Shown here: one piece after another, positions 39,776 through 49,169 of the stretch
How the letters are laid out: each line of letters begins with the position of its first letter
Numbering within the stretch: the stretch's first letter is position 1
IMG/VR virus record: IMGVR_UViG_3300032324_000909
Coordinates: 64,001-128,000 of that record
From: a virus
Taxonomy: Duplodnaviria; Caudoviricetes
Direction: 5' to 3' (one strand)
Length of the DNA: 64,000 nucleotides
The notes under the pieces: model-generated
What the model was told of the DNA's origin: nothing
Seen by the model: the letters and a program-made list of their open reading frames with translations, nothing else
The model's database searches: none
Program-made: the position numbers and the translations under genes

Positions 39776-40672
39776 ATGAGTAAAATTATTGCCATAGGAG
39801 ACTTGCATAATCATTGGGCTCAAGCTCAATCGATTATTGACAAGTATATTGATACACACAAGATTGTTCTATGTGGTGACTATTGGGATGATTGGAATGA
39901 TACTGCTATTGATGCAGAACAAACAGCCCGATGGGTTAAACAATGTTTAGCTAATCCAAACATTATTATGCTCATGGGCAATCATGACATAAATTATGCC
40001 CATTTTAACCTAAGGCCCGGTTCCAGTCTTGGCAATCAGATCTATAATTGCTCAGGATACACCCCAGCCAAGGACGATGCTATCAATCGCATTATGACTA
40101 ATGATGATTGGGACAAGATAAAGCTTGCCCACAAAGAAAATGGTTTTTGGTTCTCTCATGCTGGGTTCCATCCTTTCTGGTTCTCTAGCCCTCCTTATGG
40201 AATGGATGATGAGATTATTGAGATAAAGCTCAAGAAGATTCAGAAGGCTATCGAGGATAGAGAGTTTAGTAATGAGCTTGGTGCTGCTGGAAGGTGTAGA
40301 GGTGGCATTCATCGAGTTGGTGGATTGCTTTGGAGGGATCAAATAAGGGAATCCTATACTGGTTCTTATTGGAATGATGAGTCTGGTATTAAGCAAGTAA
40401 GTGGTCATACCCCCATGCGAAATGGAATCGATGTTGAAGAGACTTCAAACAAAGGTCTTTGTATTGATATTGATTGTGGACTATCTCAGGCGCTTGAAAT
40501 CCTAGAAGATGGTACATATAATATTATTGACACTGGACTTGAGAACTTTTACAGAGCATCAGAAAGAAAGTTCGTTGAACAAGAAAAGAAGAATAAGGAA
40601 GAACAGAAGAAGAAATATCTCTATAACCTTGGAGCATATGATGACATCTATAACAAACTAAACAAATCGTGA
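39776..40672 (+). CDS. calcineurin-like metallophosphoesterase
   Basis: GDLH, GDYWD, GNHD, SHAG, GHT. Confidence 0.85.
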   Translation: MSKIIAIGDLHNHWAQAQSIIDKYIDTHKIVLCGDYWDDWNDTAIDAEQTARWVKQCLANPNIIMLMGNHDINYAHFNLRPGSSLGNQIYNCSGYTPAKDDAINRIMTNDDWDKIKLAHKENGFWFSHAGFHPFWFSSPPYGMDDEIIEIKLKKIQKAIEDREFSNELGAAGRCRGGIHRVGGLLWRDQIRESYTGSYWNDESGIKQVSGHTPMRNGIDVEETSNKGLCIDIDCGLSQALEILEDGTYNIIDTGLENFYRASERKFVEQEKKNKEEQKKKYLYNLGAYDDIYNKLNKS

Positions 40673-40866
40673 AAACTATTAGAATGGAAGTAGAATTAAC
40701 TTATGATAATTATATTATGCATGAGAATAATTCGGATGAGATTAAATGGTTCTACAAAGACATTTTAGAAAAGAAAGTATGTGAAGATGGATCTCCTAAT
40801 TTAATTTTACATTCTAATGAAATAGGTGATGAGGTTGGTCTTATTAAAGTATTAAAAATTTTATGA
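40669..40866 (+). CDS. hypothetical protein
   Basis: GTGA/ATGA coupling on both sides. Confidence 0.55.
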   Translation: MKTIRMEVELTYDNYIMHENNSDEIKWFYKDILEKKVCEDGSPNLILHSNEIGDEVGLIKVLKIL

Positions 40867-41222
40867 AGAAGATACTAAAACCAAAACAGATCGAGGAAGC
40901 AATTTACTTCTCAGACTTTACAGGAGAACCTTTTGATGCTAGGTTCAGACATCCTCCTGTAGAGCTTAAAATGAATTTTAATTACGGATCAAAGTATGAT
41001 GGGTCTGAAATTAATTTGCACTTATCTGATAAAGATATGGAGCCTATTTTAGATCTTATTCAATCTAAGCTAAATCCAGATTTCAAGAAGAGTTTGCAAC
41101 AAGATATTACAGAAAATACTCTAGAATTTGATAACGCCGTGGATTCAAAAGACCCAATAATGTGTGATTATTATATCTCATGCTATAATCTCTTTAAAAA
41201 GCTTTTAGGTAATGGTGAATAA
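40863..41222 (+). CDS. hypothetical protein
   Basis: Intact coupled ORF. Confidence 0.6.
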   Translation: MKKILKPKQIEEAIYFSDFTGEPFDARFRHPPVELKMNFNYGSKYDGSEINLHLSDKDMEPILDLIQSKLNPDFKKSLQQDITENTLEFDNAVDSKDPIMCDYYISCYNLFKKLLGNGE

Positions 41223-41259
41223 GCTTGACTAATCATTTAAGGTTCTCTATTATAAGCAG

Positions 41260-41682
41260 ATGAACAGGCCAGTTATAGCATTTGACTTCGACTATACTTT
41301 AGCCATTGAAGAAGTGTCTGGAGGATGGATTGCTGTAGGTACAGGTGTTCTAAAGCCTATTCAAAAGATTATTGATATGGTTCTAGAGAAGGATAGAGAG
41401 GGGTTTGATATACATGTGGTTACCTATAGAAAAAAAGAAGATATCCCAGAGGTAGAAGAGTTTGTAAAGAAGCACAACCTACCTATTAAGGGTATTCATA
41501 GTACATCAGGAAAATCTAAGATTCCTATTCTAAAGAAGCTCAATTGTACTTTGATGGTTGATGATCAGGTAGAAGTCTGTACAGCCTGTATCATGAATGA
41601 TATTCCCTGTTTGCTTGTTGATCATGGATTCTCTGGAACAAATAATGTTGTAGCAGATAGAATTGACAAAATTAAAGTTTAG
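41260..41682 (+). CDS. HAD-superfamily phosphatase
   Basis: FDFDYTL, VVTYR, K, VDD. Confidence 0.75.
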   Translation: MNRPVIAFDFDYTLAIEEVSGGWIAVGTGVLKPIQKIIDMVLEKDREGFDIHVVTYRKKEDIPEVEEFVKKHNLPIKGIHSTSGKSKIPILKKLNCTLMVDDQVEVCTACIMNDIPCLLVDHGFSGTNNVVADRIDKIKV

Positions 41683-41720
41683 GCTTGAAGTGTTCTAAAA
41701 ATTCCTATAGTATAAAAACA

Positions 41721-42404
41721 ATGACCACAAAAGCACAAGCTAGAAAGAATCTTAAGAAGGCTGTTAAAGCCTATAAAGAGAAAGTTCGCCAACCTGTTAC
41801 TGTTGAGCTTCAGGAAGAGCATATCCCAACTGTTCTGAAGGCATTGGAAGTGTATCAGCGCTTAAAACTTGGTCAGGTTAATATTGCCCTCGATGAAGCA
41901 TTTGGCTATTCATTGGCCTATGAAGACAAACAAGAGATTCATAATTGTGCTAGGAAGTATTTGTTCAAAGATACAGATTTAGAGAACAATCCTAATGTAT
42001 CCTATGGCATCTATAACCAAGAGAAGGTTGGTGATGCAACTATGGCCTATGAGATTTATAAGGTTCTAGGGAGGTACAAAGCTTTTAAGGACAATGATGG
42101 GTGGGCAGATTATACCAGAAGGTTTGATAAGCCTCATTCTCATACTGGAGTTCCTTTGCCTGTAGTTCAAGGAGCTATTGAGCATAAGAACTTTAAGATC
42201 CCTAAGAAGCTTTGGAAGAAAATTGCTAATGCTATTGAGAATAAGGACACAGCTGATTGGAGTGATATCTGGAAGAGTATTGACAAAGCTATGCCTAAGT
42301 TGCCAAGAGGTGAGAAGTCAGAGATCTTTGGTGGAGACTTTATCAGTGATGGGTATTATGTAAAGGTTCATAGTCCAATTAAGCCTAAAGAGGAGGAGAA
42401 GTAA
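41721..42404 (+). CDS. hypothetical protein
   Basis: Start reassigned to ATG 41721 after TTGAAG-17-TAGTAT. Confidence 0.65.
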   Translation: MTTKAQARKNLKKAVKAYKEKVRQPVTVELQEEHIPTVLKALEVYQRLKLGQVNIALDEAFGYSLAYEDKQEIHNCARKYLFKDTDLENNPNVSYGIYNQEKVGDATMAYEIYKVLGRYKAFKDNDGWADYTRRFDKPHSHTGVPLPVVQGAIEHKNFKIPKKLWKKIANAIENKDTADWSDIWKSIDKAMPKLPRGEKSEIFGGDFISDGYYVKVHSPIKPKEEEK

Positions 42405-42405
42405 T

Positions 42406-42753
42406 ATGATTGAACCAGTAATTGACATTGATGGATATCCAACTGAAGAGACTGTAGAGTTTCTTGAACATTGGCAGAACTTTAAAGATGCTAAAGAAGC
42501 AATGGACTTTGCTTTGAAGGCATTAAAGAAGCTGTGCTATGCAACAGTGAAGCAAGAAAACAATTATATCTATATTGCAACTGGTGGGTGGAGTGGCTGT
42601 GAAGATATTATTAGAGCAATGAAGAAGAATTTTTATTGTAGTAATTTGCTTATTGCTTCATTATCTGGTGGTGGTTATTATTATGCTGACCCTTTTATTG
42701 ATAATCTCAAGACTTATGACTTTAAAGTAACAGTAGCCTATAAGATTGACTGA
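42406..42753 (+). CDS. conserved-type phage hypothetical protein (TGGWSG motif)
   Basis: DGYPT and ATGGWSGCEDII motifs; TAATATG junction. Confidence 0.65.
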   Translation: MIEPVIDIDGYPTEETVEFLEHWQNFKDAKEAMDFALKALKKLCYATVKQENNYIYIATGGWSGCEDIIRAMKKNFYCSNLLIASLSGGGYYYADPFIDNLKTYDFKVTVAYKID

Positions 42754-42757
42754 TAAT

Positions 42758-42985
42758 ATGAATGACTCTATAGAACTAAAGAAAGATGAATGGTTGATGC
42801 CTAGAGTTTCAACTTATAATGTATATGATTTTCAAGCTATACAAAGAGCACCAGTGACTAAGAGATGGTATCAATTTTGGATACCAAAAGAGATGTTCAT
42901 TTACACAACTGTTGAGAAAAGAAAGAAGACAATTAAATTGCCTATAGTAAGGACTGATAGTGCCAACCTTGATGCATCCTTTTAA
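42758..42985 (+). CDS. hypothetical protein
   Basis: ATG 42758 after TGATAAT. Confidence 0.55.
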   Translation: MNDSIELKKDEWLMPRVSTYNVYDFQAIQRAPVTKRWYQFWIPKEMFIYTTVEKRKKTIKLPIVRTDSANLDASF

Positions 42986-42986
42986 T

Positions 42987-43541
42987 ATGAATGAATTTTT
43001 TAACTCTGAACCTTATATAGATAAAATCTATAACTGTACTTGTAGAGATTGTGGAAAGGAATTTACTATAAATGCTCAATGTCATCCTAAGACTGGTTTT
43101 CCTGTATCTTTTATTTCAAAGTATTGTGAAGAGTGTAATATGAAGCTAAGAGATGCTTTTAATACTACAATACCTATTAATGTCTCAATTACTAATACTA
43201 AAGTACCTCAAAAGAATGTAGAAGGTCTAGAAAATACAATTGAGACTTTGGCAACTAGTATTGTCAATGTTAAAGATGAGTTTGGAGCATTTAAGAAGCA
43301 TATTGAGCATGATATTGAACACAATAAAAATGTAGTAGAAGACAAGCTCTATAGTCACAATAAGAGAATTGATGATAATAAGCTCAACCTAGATGTAATC
43401 AAATCTACTCAAAATATGATCAATGAGAGACACTTTAATCATATTAAGAAATTAACAAGAGAATCTATGATTATGTTCTTTATGGTCATTCTGCTTTTTG
43501 TATTTGACTTAGCTACAATTTGGTGTTATATTAGGAAATAA
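42987..43541 (+). CDS. Zn-finger + coiled-coil + C-terminal TM protein
   Basis: CRDC...CEEC; C-terminal hydrophobic helix; ATG 42987. Confidence 0.6.
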   Translation: MNEFFNSEPYIDKIYNCTCRDCGKEFTINAQCHPKTGFPVSFISKYCEECNMKLRDAFNTTIPINVSITNTKVPQKNVEGLENTIETLATSIVNVKDEFGAFKKHIEHDIEHNKNVVEDKLYSHNKRIDDNKLNLDVIKSTQNMINERHFNHIKKLTRESMIMFFMVILLFVFDLATIWCYIRK

Positions 43542-43542
43542 T

Positions 43543-43827
43543 ATGATGACTCCTTATAAACCCAAACCATCACCAGAAGTTGTTGCTGCATCAAAGAGAT
43601 CAGCTATTAGAGAAGCTCTTTTAGAACTTTTAATTCAAGAGAAGAAAGCAGAGATTACTATTAGTTGTGGACTCAGAGCTTTGGATCAAATTCTCTTTAT
43701 GCCAGAACATATGAGAACTATGGGTGAAACATTTCTAGAAATTGCTGGATGTGTAATTCAAGTAGAAAGAGATTTTGAATTAGAACCTTGGAAAATTGTT
43801 TATAATGGAGATGTAATTTTTAATTGA
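43543..43827 (+). CDS. hypothetical protein
   Basis: TAATATG-coupled ORF. Confidence 0.6.
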   Translation: MMTPYKPKPSPEVVAASKRSAIREALLELLIQEKKAEITISCGLRALDQILFMPEHMRTMGETFLEIAGCVIQVERDFELEPWKIVYNGDVIFN

Positions 43828-43828
43828 T

Positions 43829-44296
43829 ATGAACAAAGAAGAACCCTGTAAAGAAATAATGTTACACAATACAACAGATGCTCAAGTATGGACTGATGAG
43901 TTCATTAAGACATTTAGAAAGTTATATCCTCTTATAGGAGATGCTTATATAGCTCTATCACATTTTGATGACTTTAGAGATTGGGTCTTTGGTTGGTTCT
44001 GTAATGCTATTCAAACTGCAATTGTTTTGACTAATGCTCAAAGAGATAAGAGATATGTTTATATTCTTCAGAGTAATAGTGGAGCAATTGTAAATGTTTG
44101 GAATAATGGTTTTGAACCATCTGAAGATGAGTTAGATGAAGCATATGCAGTACATCTTGGAAGACATGCTCTCTGTGATGGTAAGAAGCATAGTGCAGCA
44201 ACTAACTGCACTCTTTATAGATGGAACAAATATGAAGGACTTGAGCATTGGAATGGAAAGGCTGTAGCTCAAACCATATACAACTGGGTAGAATAA
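43829..44296 (+). CDS. hypothetical protein
   Basis: TGATATG-coupled; DAQVW..EF...GWF.NA motif. Confidence 0.6.
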   Translation: MNKEEPCKEIMLHNTTDAQVWTDEFIKTFRKLYPLIGDAYIALSHFDDFRDWVFGWFCNAIQTAIVLTNAQRDKRYVYILQSNSGAIVNVWNNGFEPSEDELDEAYAVHLGRHALCDGKKHSAATNCTLYRWNKYEGLEHWNGKAVAQTIYNWVE

Positions 44297-44297
44297 T

Positions 44298-44732
44298 ATG
44301 AATGCAGAAGAATATTTAAAAAATAGAATTAGGGAACTTCAAATTGAAGTTGAAAAGCTCAGTAAAGAGAATAAACAACTAAAAGGCTTTAGAACTAATG
44401 CTGACAACTATCTTTGTGAATTAGCTGAGTCAGATTTTACAGAGAAGTATTGGGACAATAGAAAATCTAAGAACAATGAGTGGTTTGATTATAACAGAGC
44501 AAAAGCCAGAATCATTGAAGGTATGCTCTATGAAGAAATTGCTAGAGAATTAGGATCACTTACTAAATGCTGGGCTGGTGATAATAATGGTATGGTAGCT
44601 GGTACAATGAGTGATAAGAAGAACTGTAGATGTAGAGCTTGTATTGCTTTAAACAAATTAAATTACTTGACTCATAGAAAAGAAAAGCCAGAATGGATGT
44701 CAGATTATAACTGGAATATGACTAGAGATTAA
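44298..44732 (+). CDS. hypothetical coiled-coil protein with CRCxxC
   Basis: TAATATG-coupled ORF. Confidence 0.6.
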   Translation: MNAEEYLKNRIRELQIEVEKLSKENKQLKGFRTNADNYLCELAESDFTEKYWDNRKSKNNEWFDYNRAKARIIEGMLYEEIARELGSLTKCWAGDNNGMVAGTMSDKKNCRCRACIALNKLNYLTHRKEKPEWMSDYNWNMTRD

Positions 44733-44733
44733 T

Positions 44734-45150
44734 ATGAACAGAGAAATTAGAAAACTAACTAAAAAGATTGATGAGCTTCAAAAGCAAATCAATTACCAGA
44801 ATGAATGTATTATGGATCAGTCTATGATTATTCAAAAGTTAACTGAGAAGCTTGTAGTCATTCCAACCTATCCATCTACTCCAAGTATTGATCCTCATTT
44901 TGGAGTAGATATTCCTTATGTTCCATCTACTCCAAGTATTGATCCTCATTTTGGAGTAGATATTCCTTATGTTCCATGTAAAGGACCAGATTGTGAAAAC
45001 AGAACAACAACTCCTGTAACACATACATCCTATGATGGCACAAAGACTACTTTGCCAGTCACATTACCAGAAAAATGGCAGATGCCTAAAGCAGGATCAG
45101 TAACGGAAGGGTCTTCAGGATCTATGAGATACAATCAAACTTCTTTTTAA
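44734..45150 (+). CDS. hypothetical protein with internal 17-aa duplication
   Basis: PSTPSIDPHFGVDIPYV x2. Confidence 0.6.
   Translation: MNREIRKLTKKIDELQKQINYQNECIMDQSMIIQKLTEKLVVIPTYPSTPSIDPHFGVDIPYVPSTPSIDPHFGVDIPYVPCKGPDCENRTTTPVTHTSYDGTKTTLPVTLPEKWQMPKAGSVTEGSSGSMRYNQTSF
44871..44977. repeat. perfect 51-bp tandem duplication containing an 11-bp inverted repeat
   Basis: 44871-44921 equals 44922-44972; ATCTACTCCAA...TTGGAGTAGAT in each unit. Confidence 0.9.
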
Positions 45151-45151
45151 T

Positions 45152-45409
45152 ATGCATAAGAAAGATTACAAGATTGGGTCGTTTAAATTTCTTCAAGCAG
45201 GGAGTCATTTTGACTATGCTCAAGTATCTAACAAGAAAGGAGAAGTTATCTCAATATTTTTAGATCCAAGAGATGATACTTGGTATTTACTTCATGATTC
45301 GAACACAAAATTTAATGTTGTGAACTTGAATAGGTTTGTTGAAGAGCCATTCTATAGATATAAGAAGGATCAAAGAGCAAAAGAGGCTCTACAGGAGTTT
45401 AATTCTTGA
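45152..45409 (+). CDS. hypothetical protein
   Basis: TAATATG-coupled ORF. Confidence 0.55.
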   Translation: MHKKDYKIGSFKFLQAGSHFDYAQVSNKKGEVISIFLDPRDDTWYLLHDSNTKFNVVNLNRFVEEPFYRYKKDQRAKEALQEFNS

Positions 45410-45440
45410 CATCTCCTCCTAAAGAATATAGAATAAGATT
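45406..45440 (+). promoter_or_regulatory. sigma70 promoter, leaderless geometry
   Basis: TTGACA-17-TAGAAT-6-ATG. Confidence 0.8.
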
Positions 45441-45635
45441 ATGAATGAATACAGTATCCGTAACGCAGAACAGTTTTTAGAAGATCTAAACAATGCAACT
45501 ATTGAAAAGTTATATTTTGAAACAAAAAATAAAGATTATTATGAAACACCAGATTGGTTGCAAGAAAGATATAATCAAGCCATGCAAAATCTTGGTAGGT
45601 GGTTGGTAAAAAACGACCTTGACATCTCCTCCTAG
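45441..45635 (+). CDS. hypothetical protein
   Basis: Own promoter. Confidence 0.6.
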   Translation: MNEYSIRNAEQFLEDLNNATIEKLYFETKNKDYYETPDWLQERYNQAMQNLGRWLVKNDLDISS

Positions 45636-45653
45636 AGCATGTGGAATAAAAGC

Positions 45654-45809
45654 ATGAAAGAAAAGAAAGTCAAATTCCTTTTAGGACAAGGTTGTATTAT
45701 CATCGAAACAACCGAAGATACAACCGTTTTGCGGGACAAACACGGCAATACCGTAAAGGTTGACCAATTCGGTAAAGTTCTATGGTATCCAGTTGACAAA
45801 CCGCACTAA
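45654..45809 (+). CDS. 51-aa hypothetical protein (not in ORF track)
   Basis: MKEKKVKFLLGQGCIIIETTED...; TTGACA at 45619, 35 nt upstream. Confidence 0.55.
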   Translation: MKEKKVKFLLGQGCIIIETTEDTTVLRDKHGNTVKVDQFGKVLWYPVDKPH

Positions 45810-45827
45810 TTCATTTAGAATAAGACT
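45793..45827 (+). promoter_or_regulatory. sigma70 promoter, leaderless geometry
   Basis: TTGACA-17-TAGAAT-6-ATG. Confidence 0.8.
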
Positions 45828-46037
45828 ATGCAAATAGAAATTAATGATGAACATTTAGATTTGGCATTTGCTAAGTCATTGGCTGAGACTATTGAGATTC
45901 TTTCAAATAATACTAAAAATCTCAAAAAGATAAAGAATCCAAGGCCTTATATTCTTGAAGACATTGATGAGAATGAAAAAGATATCGAAGCATTGAAGAG
46001 AACCTACAAATACTATACAGGAGAAAAATATGAGTGA
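45828..46037 (+). CDS. hypothetical protein
   Basis: Own promoter. Confidence 0.6.
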   Translation: MQIEINDEHLDLAFAKSLAETIEILSNNTKNLKKIKNPRPYILEDIDENEKDIEALKRTYKYYTGEKYE

Positions 46038-46347
46038 CCTTAAAGAAGATCTAGAAGATGATAGGCCAAAATATAAAATAGTCTATGATGAGATGTCCTG
46101 TTATAATTGGGAGTTTAGTATCAATGGTGTCTGGAGAAGTGGGGAGGTAGATGAGGGCGTTAAGCAACCCGAAGAAGATGACGAACTTCTTGATTATCTT
46201 TTATTAAAACTTAAAAAAGAAATTAAAAGAGGTACTTGTGATTTTAAAAGTTTAGTGGAATGTTTTCAGTATGATGATTATGAATCAGATAAAGGCTACT
46301 GTGAGACTTGCGGTCATCATGGAGGAACAACAACTTGGAATATATGA
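46030..46347 (+). CDS. hypothetical acidic protein with C-terminal CETCG
   Basis: Coupled ORF. Confidence 0.6.
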   Translation: MSDLKEDLEDDRPKYKIVYDEMSCYNWEFSINGVWRSGEVDEGVKQPEEDDELLDYLLLKLKKEIKRGTCDFKSLVECFQYDDYESDKGYCETCGHHGGTTTWNI

Positions 46348-46523
46348 ACGACGAACAAACGCCCCATGTATTAGTAGAAGGCGAATGGGTTCCTGTATCT
46401 AAAACAGAATTCGTTGGCATCTCTGAAGATTTATTTGGTCAAGATGTATACGAGTTTAAATATCTTGACAAGTGTTACTCTTCTCATGTAATATTAAAAT
46501 ATGAAAGTAAAACAACTAATTGA
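46344..46523 (+). CDS. hypothetical protein (resembles 51489..51656)
   Basis: ATGA-coupled start 46344; V.VE..W.P.S...FK..DK...S.V shared pattern. Confidence 0.55.
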   Translation: MNDEQTPHVLVEGEWVPVSKTEFVGISEDLFGQDVYEFKYLDKCYSSHVILKYESKTTN

Positions 46524-46719
46524 AATGCTACAGCAGTTTGATCCCGAGATGCTTGTTATGGTACAAGGCTATGAGGGAGGAATTGATGCTCCAGAAAAGC
46601 TTTATCAGACTGCTATTAGACTAAATGTCCATGAAGAGTGGTATTATGGAAAGCATGAAGTTCATCATGTAACTGACACAGAGAAAGCAGATTGTGAAGC
46701 TGTTATAATTCCTAGGTAA
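46501..46719 (+). CDS. phage hypothetical protein (MKVKQLIEML...GYEGG type)
   Basis: TTGACA-18-TAATAT-6-ATG. Confidence 0.65.
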   Translation: MKVKQLIEMLQQFDPEMLVMVQGYEGGIDAPEKLYQTAIRLNVHEEWYYGKHEVHHVTDTEKADCEAVIIPR

Positions 46720-46762
46720 TTTTCTTGCCCAGCTATAAAAATCTCTATATACTTTAAAGATT

Positions 46763-47440
46763 ATGAAAGATTTATTTTACAAGTCTGTTAAAATTTCCAG
46801 TACAGATTATGACGTTCTGTTTTGGGGCTGTATGCACTATGGACATGATCCCAAGTGGGATGTCCCTATCTGGAAGACAAGGGGTTATAATAGTTCCAGA
46901 GAGCATGACGAGGGACTAATAGAGAATTGGAATAAAAAGGCAAATAAAAACACTATAGGGTTTCTTCTCGGTGATACAATTTTTGGGTATGATGCAGACG
47001 AGCGACTACTAGAGCTTTTTCGAAGACTAGAGTATAAGACCCTGTATGTACTGCCCGGCAATCATCAGGCTGGCTATAAGCAGATTTTAGACAGGTGCGA
47101 GAACAATACTTTCTACATGAGCAATATTTGGGATCATAATGATAAAAGGGAAATTATATTTGTCCCTAACTATCTAGAGACGTTTGTGAATGGTCAGCCT
47201 ATTGTTCTAAGTCATTTTCCTATACTGTCTTGGAATGGAGCAGGCAAGGGGGCATACCATCTTTTCGCGCACGTTCACGGTAATCTCAATAGATCAGAAC
47301 TTGGAAGGATGTATCTAAAGACAGGATTGAACTATGAAGTTTCTGTTGAGAATTGCCCTAGTCCTATTACATTTGGTGAACTGAGGGCCGAGATGATAAA
47401 GAGAACACAAAGTTGTCCAGATCATCATAATGACACTTGA
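46763..47440 (+). CDS. calcineurin-like metallophosphoesterase
   Basis: CMHYGH, NWN, LGD, GNH, SHFP, HVH. Confidence 0.75.
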   Translation: MKDLFYKSVKISSTDYDVLFWGCMHYGHDPKWDVPIWKTRGYNSSREHDEGLIENWNKKANKNTIGFLLGDTIFGYDADERLLELFRRLEYKTLYVLPGNHQAGYKQILDRCENNTFYMSNIWDHNDKREIIFVPNYLETFVNGQPIVLSHFPILSWNGAGKGAYHLFAHVHGNLNRSELGRMYLKTGLNYEVSVENCPSPITFGELRAEMIKRTQSCPDHHNDT

Positions 47441-47472
47441 CATTTTATCCTAAATCAATTATTATCAAAATA

Positions 47473-47829
47473 ATGAAATACCAAATCCGTAAATGTGAAG
47501 AGATTACAATCTGGCAAGCTACCGAGGTCGTAGACATTGATCCAGAGATGTTCAAAAATCTTGAAGAAAATCCCTACACTGGTAATACCGAAGAACAATT
47601 CCTTAATTATATTTCAGGTTTTATCGACTCTTGTCGCTGGGATGGATTTCCTTTTGATCTAGATAGCGATGTTGCCGATCAGCTTGACAAACTTGTGGAA
47701 AACGTAAGATGGACAGAATATGCGAATTCTGTTCATAAGGGGGAAAACTCTTGGATGGAAATCGGACAGGTAAATGATGAATACAAAAATACAGGCGGCT
47801 TTGAGTCTAGATTTAATACAATTCAATAA
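47473..47829 (+). CDS. hypothetical protein
   Basis: Start reassigned to ATG 47473 after TTGACA-17-TATTAT. Confidence 0.6.
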   Translation: MKYQIRKCEEITIWQATEVVDIDPEMFKNLEENPYTGNTEEQFLNYISGFIDSCRWDGFPFDLDSDVADQLDKLVENVRWTEYANSVHKGENSWMEIGQVNDEYKNTGGFESRFNTIQ

Positions 47830-47843
47830 ATAATACACCAGCA

Positions 47844-48398
47844 ATGCAGACCAAATGTTATCTTGATATGGACGGTTTGCTTGCTAATCTATTTGATTTT
47901 ATTTCTAATAAAATTATTAATAAAAATTATATTGACGCAACAGATTCAGAAAAACTGAAAATTAAAAGCGTTTGGGTTGATAAGGATTTGTTTTATCAAA
48001 AACTAGGTACGCCAAAAAGTTTATTTGCCAATCTTGAACCATATAGTACTAATGACACTTTAATAAATAAAGTAATTGAAAAATTTGGCGGTTTTTACAT
48101 TTGCTCCCACCCATCTAAAATGTCAGTAGACCAATGTATAGAAGGAAAATTAGAATGGATAGATAAACACATTGTTCCAAAATATTCCCAACACTTCAAG
48201 GGCGCAGTTTTTCCAGATAAAAAATCAAAATACGCCTTAAATAACGACGGCTCTAAAAATGTTTTAATAGATGACTTTCAACCATATATAGATAGCTGGA
48301 CAGAGACCGGTGGCATTGCTATTAAATTGCAAAGCGCGCTATTTGATAACGAAAGCATATCTTCATATCTTGAAAAAGAATTTAAAAAAATTAATTGA
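47844..48398 (+). CDS. HAD 5'(3')-deoxyribonucleotidase-like protein
   Basis: YLDMDGLLANL, GK..W, LIDD...W...GG. Confidence 0.75.
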   Translation: MQTKCYLDMDGLLANLFDFISNKIINKNYIDATDSEKLKIKSVWVDKDLFYQKLGTPKSLFANLEPYSTNDTLINKVIEKFGGFYICSHPSKMSVDQCIEGKLEWIDKHIVPKYSQHFKGAVFPDKKSKYALNNDGSKNVLIDDFQPYIDSWTETGGIAIKLQSALFDNESISSYLEKEFKKIN

Positions 48399-48429
48399 CA
48401 TAAATATAAAAATAAACAATAATAAAAAT

Positions 48430-49062
48430 ATGGGCATGTTCGACACAATTCTTATTAAGCGCAAGCTTCCACTAAACAAAGAACTCAAAAAGGCTTTTCC
48501 TGATACCGATTGGTCTAAAGAGGGCTTTCAAACAAAGGATATAGAAAACACCATGACCACTTACACCATTAAGGGTACTGGACTTTACTTTGATAAAGTT
48601 GATGGAGAGATGGTTAGAACCATGACAGAGGAAGACGAAAAGAAGGCCCGAAAGAGCAAGAGGTGGGTATGGCCCTATGAATTTGTTGAGTCTGGCCGAG
48701 AGACCGTAAAAGTACCATATCATGGCACTATTAATTTTTATCATTATAAAGATGATGCAGATGGTAATACTTGGGATATCGAATTTGATGCCGTTTTTAA
48801 TACTGGGAAACTTACCAATATTAAACTAGCAAAAGGAGAAATCTCAAGTACGGCAGAAGAGAATGCCGCAAGAGAAAAGCATTGGAAAGACCAACTCGCC
48901 GCACATGAGGCGCATCCTTGGACGCGGACTAAAAGGGCTCTAAATAAAATTACTTTTGGTTATTGGACAATTTTCTGGAGTAGAGTTGTTTCAAAAGGTC
49001 TCTACTGGATTGCACAAAAAATTCAAAAGCTTCAAATTTGGGTTATTAGAAATATTGCATAA
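48430..49062 (+). CDS. phage hypothetical protein (MGMFD...FQTKD type)
   Basis: Start at ATG 48430, 35 nt after TTGACA. Confidence 0.65.
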   Translation: MGMFDTILIKRKLPLNKELKKAFPDTDWSKEGFQTKDIENTMTTYTIKGTGLYFDKVDGEMVRTMTEEDEKKARKSKRWVWPYEFVESGRETVKVPYHGTINFYHYKDDADGNTWDIEFDAVFNTGKLTNIKLAKGEISSTAEENAAREKHWKDQLAAHEAHPWTRTKRALNKITFGYWTIFWSRVVSKGLYWIAQKIQKLQIWVIRNIA

Positions 49063-49063
49063 T

Positions 49064-49168
49064 ATGAATAAAAATAACAACCCATTTTGGCCCTATTTAA
49101 TTAGCGCTGTATTTGGGTTAATTATTTGGTACGGACTTTTTACCTTAATAAAGTACTTCTTTTTTTAA
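49064..49168 (+). CDS. 34-aa membrane peptide
   Basis: MNKNNNPFWPYLISAVFGLIIWYGLFTLIKYFFF; TAATATG junction. Confidence 0.45.
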   Translation: MNKNNNPFWPYLISAVFGLIIWYGLFTLIKYFFF

Positions 49169-49169
49169 A

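Noticed and set aside
44871-44977. CRISPR mini-array (unit contains TCTAC...GTAGAT, reminiscent of Cas12a repeats)
   Set aside because: Only two units, the intervening sequence is identical rather than a unique spacer, it is in-frame inside a CDS, and no cas genes are seen
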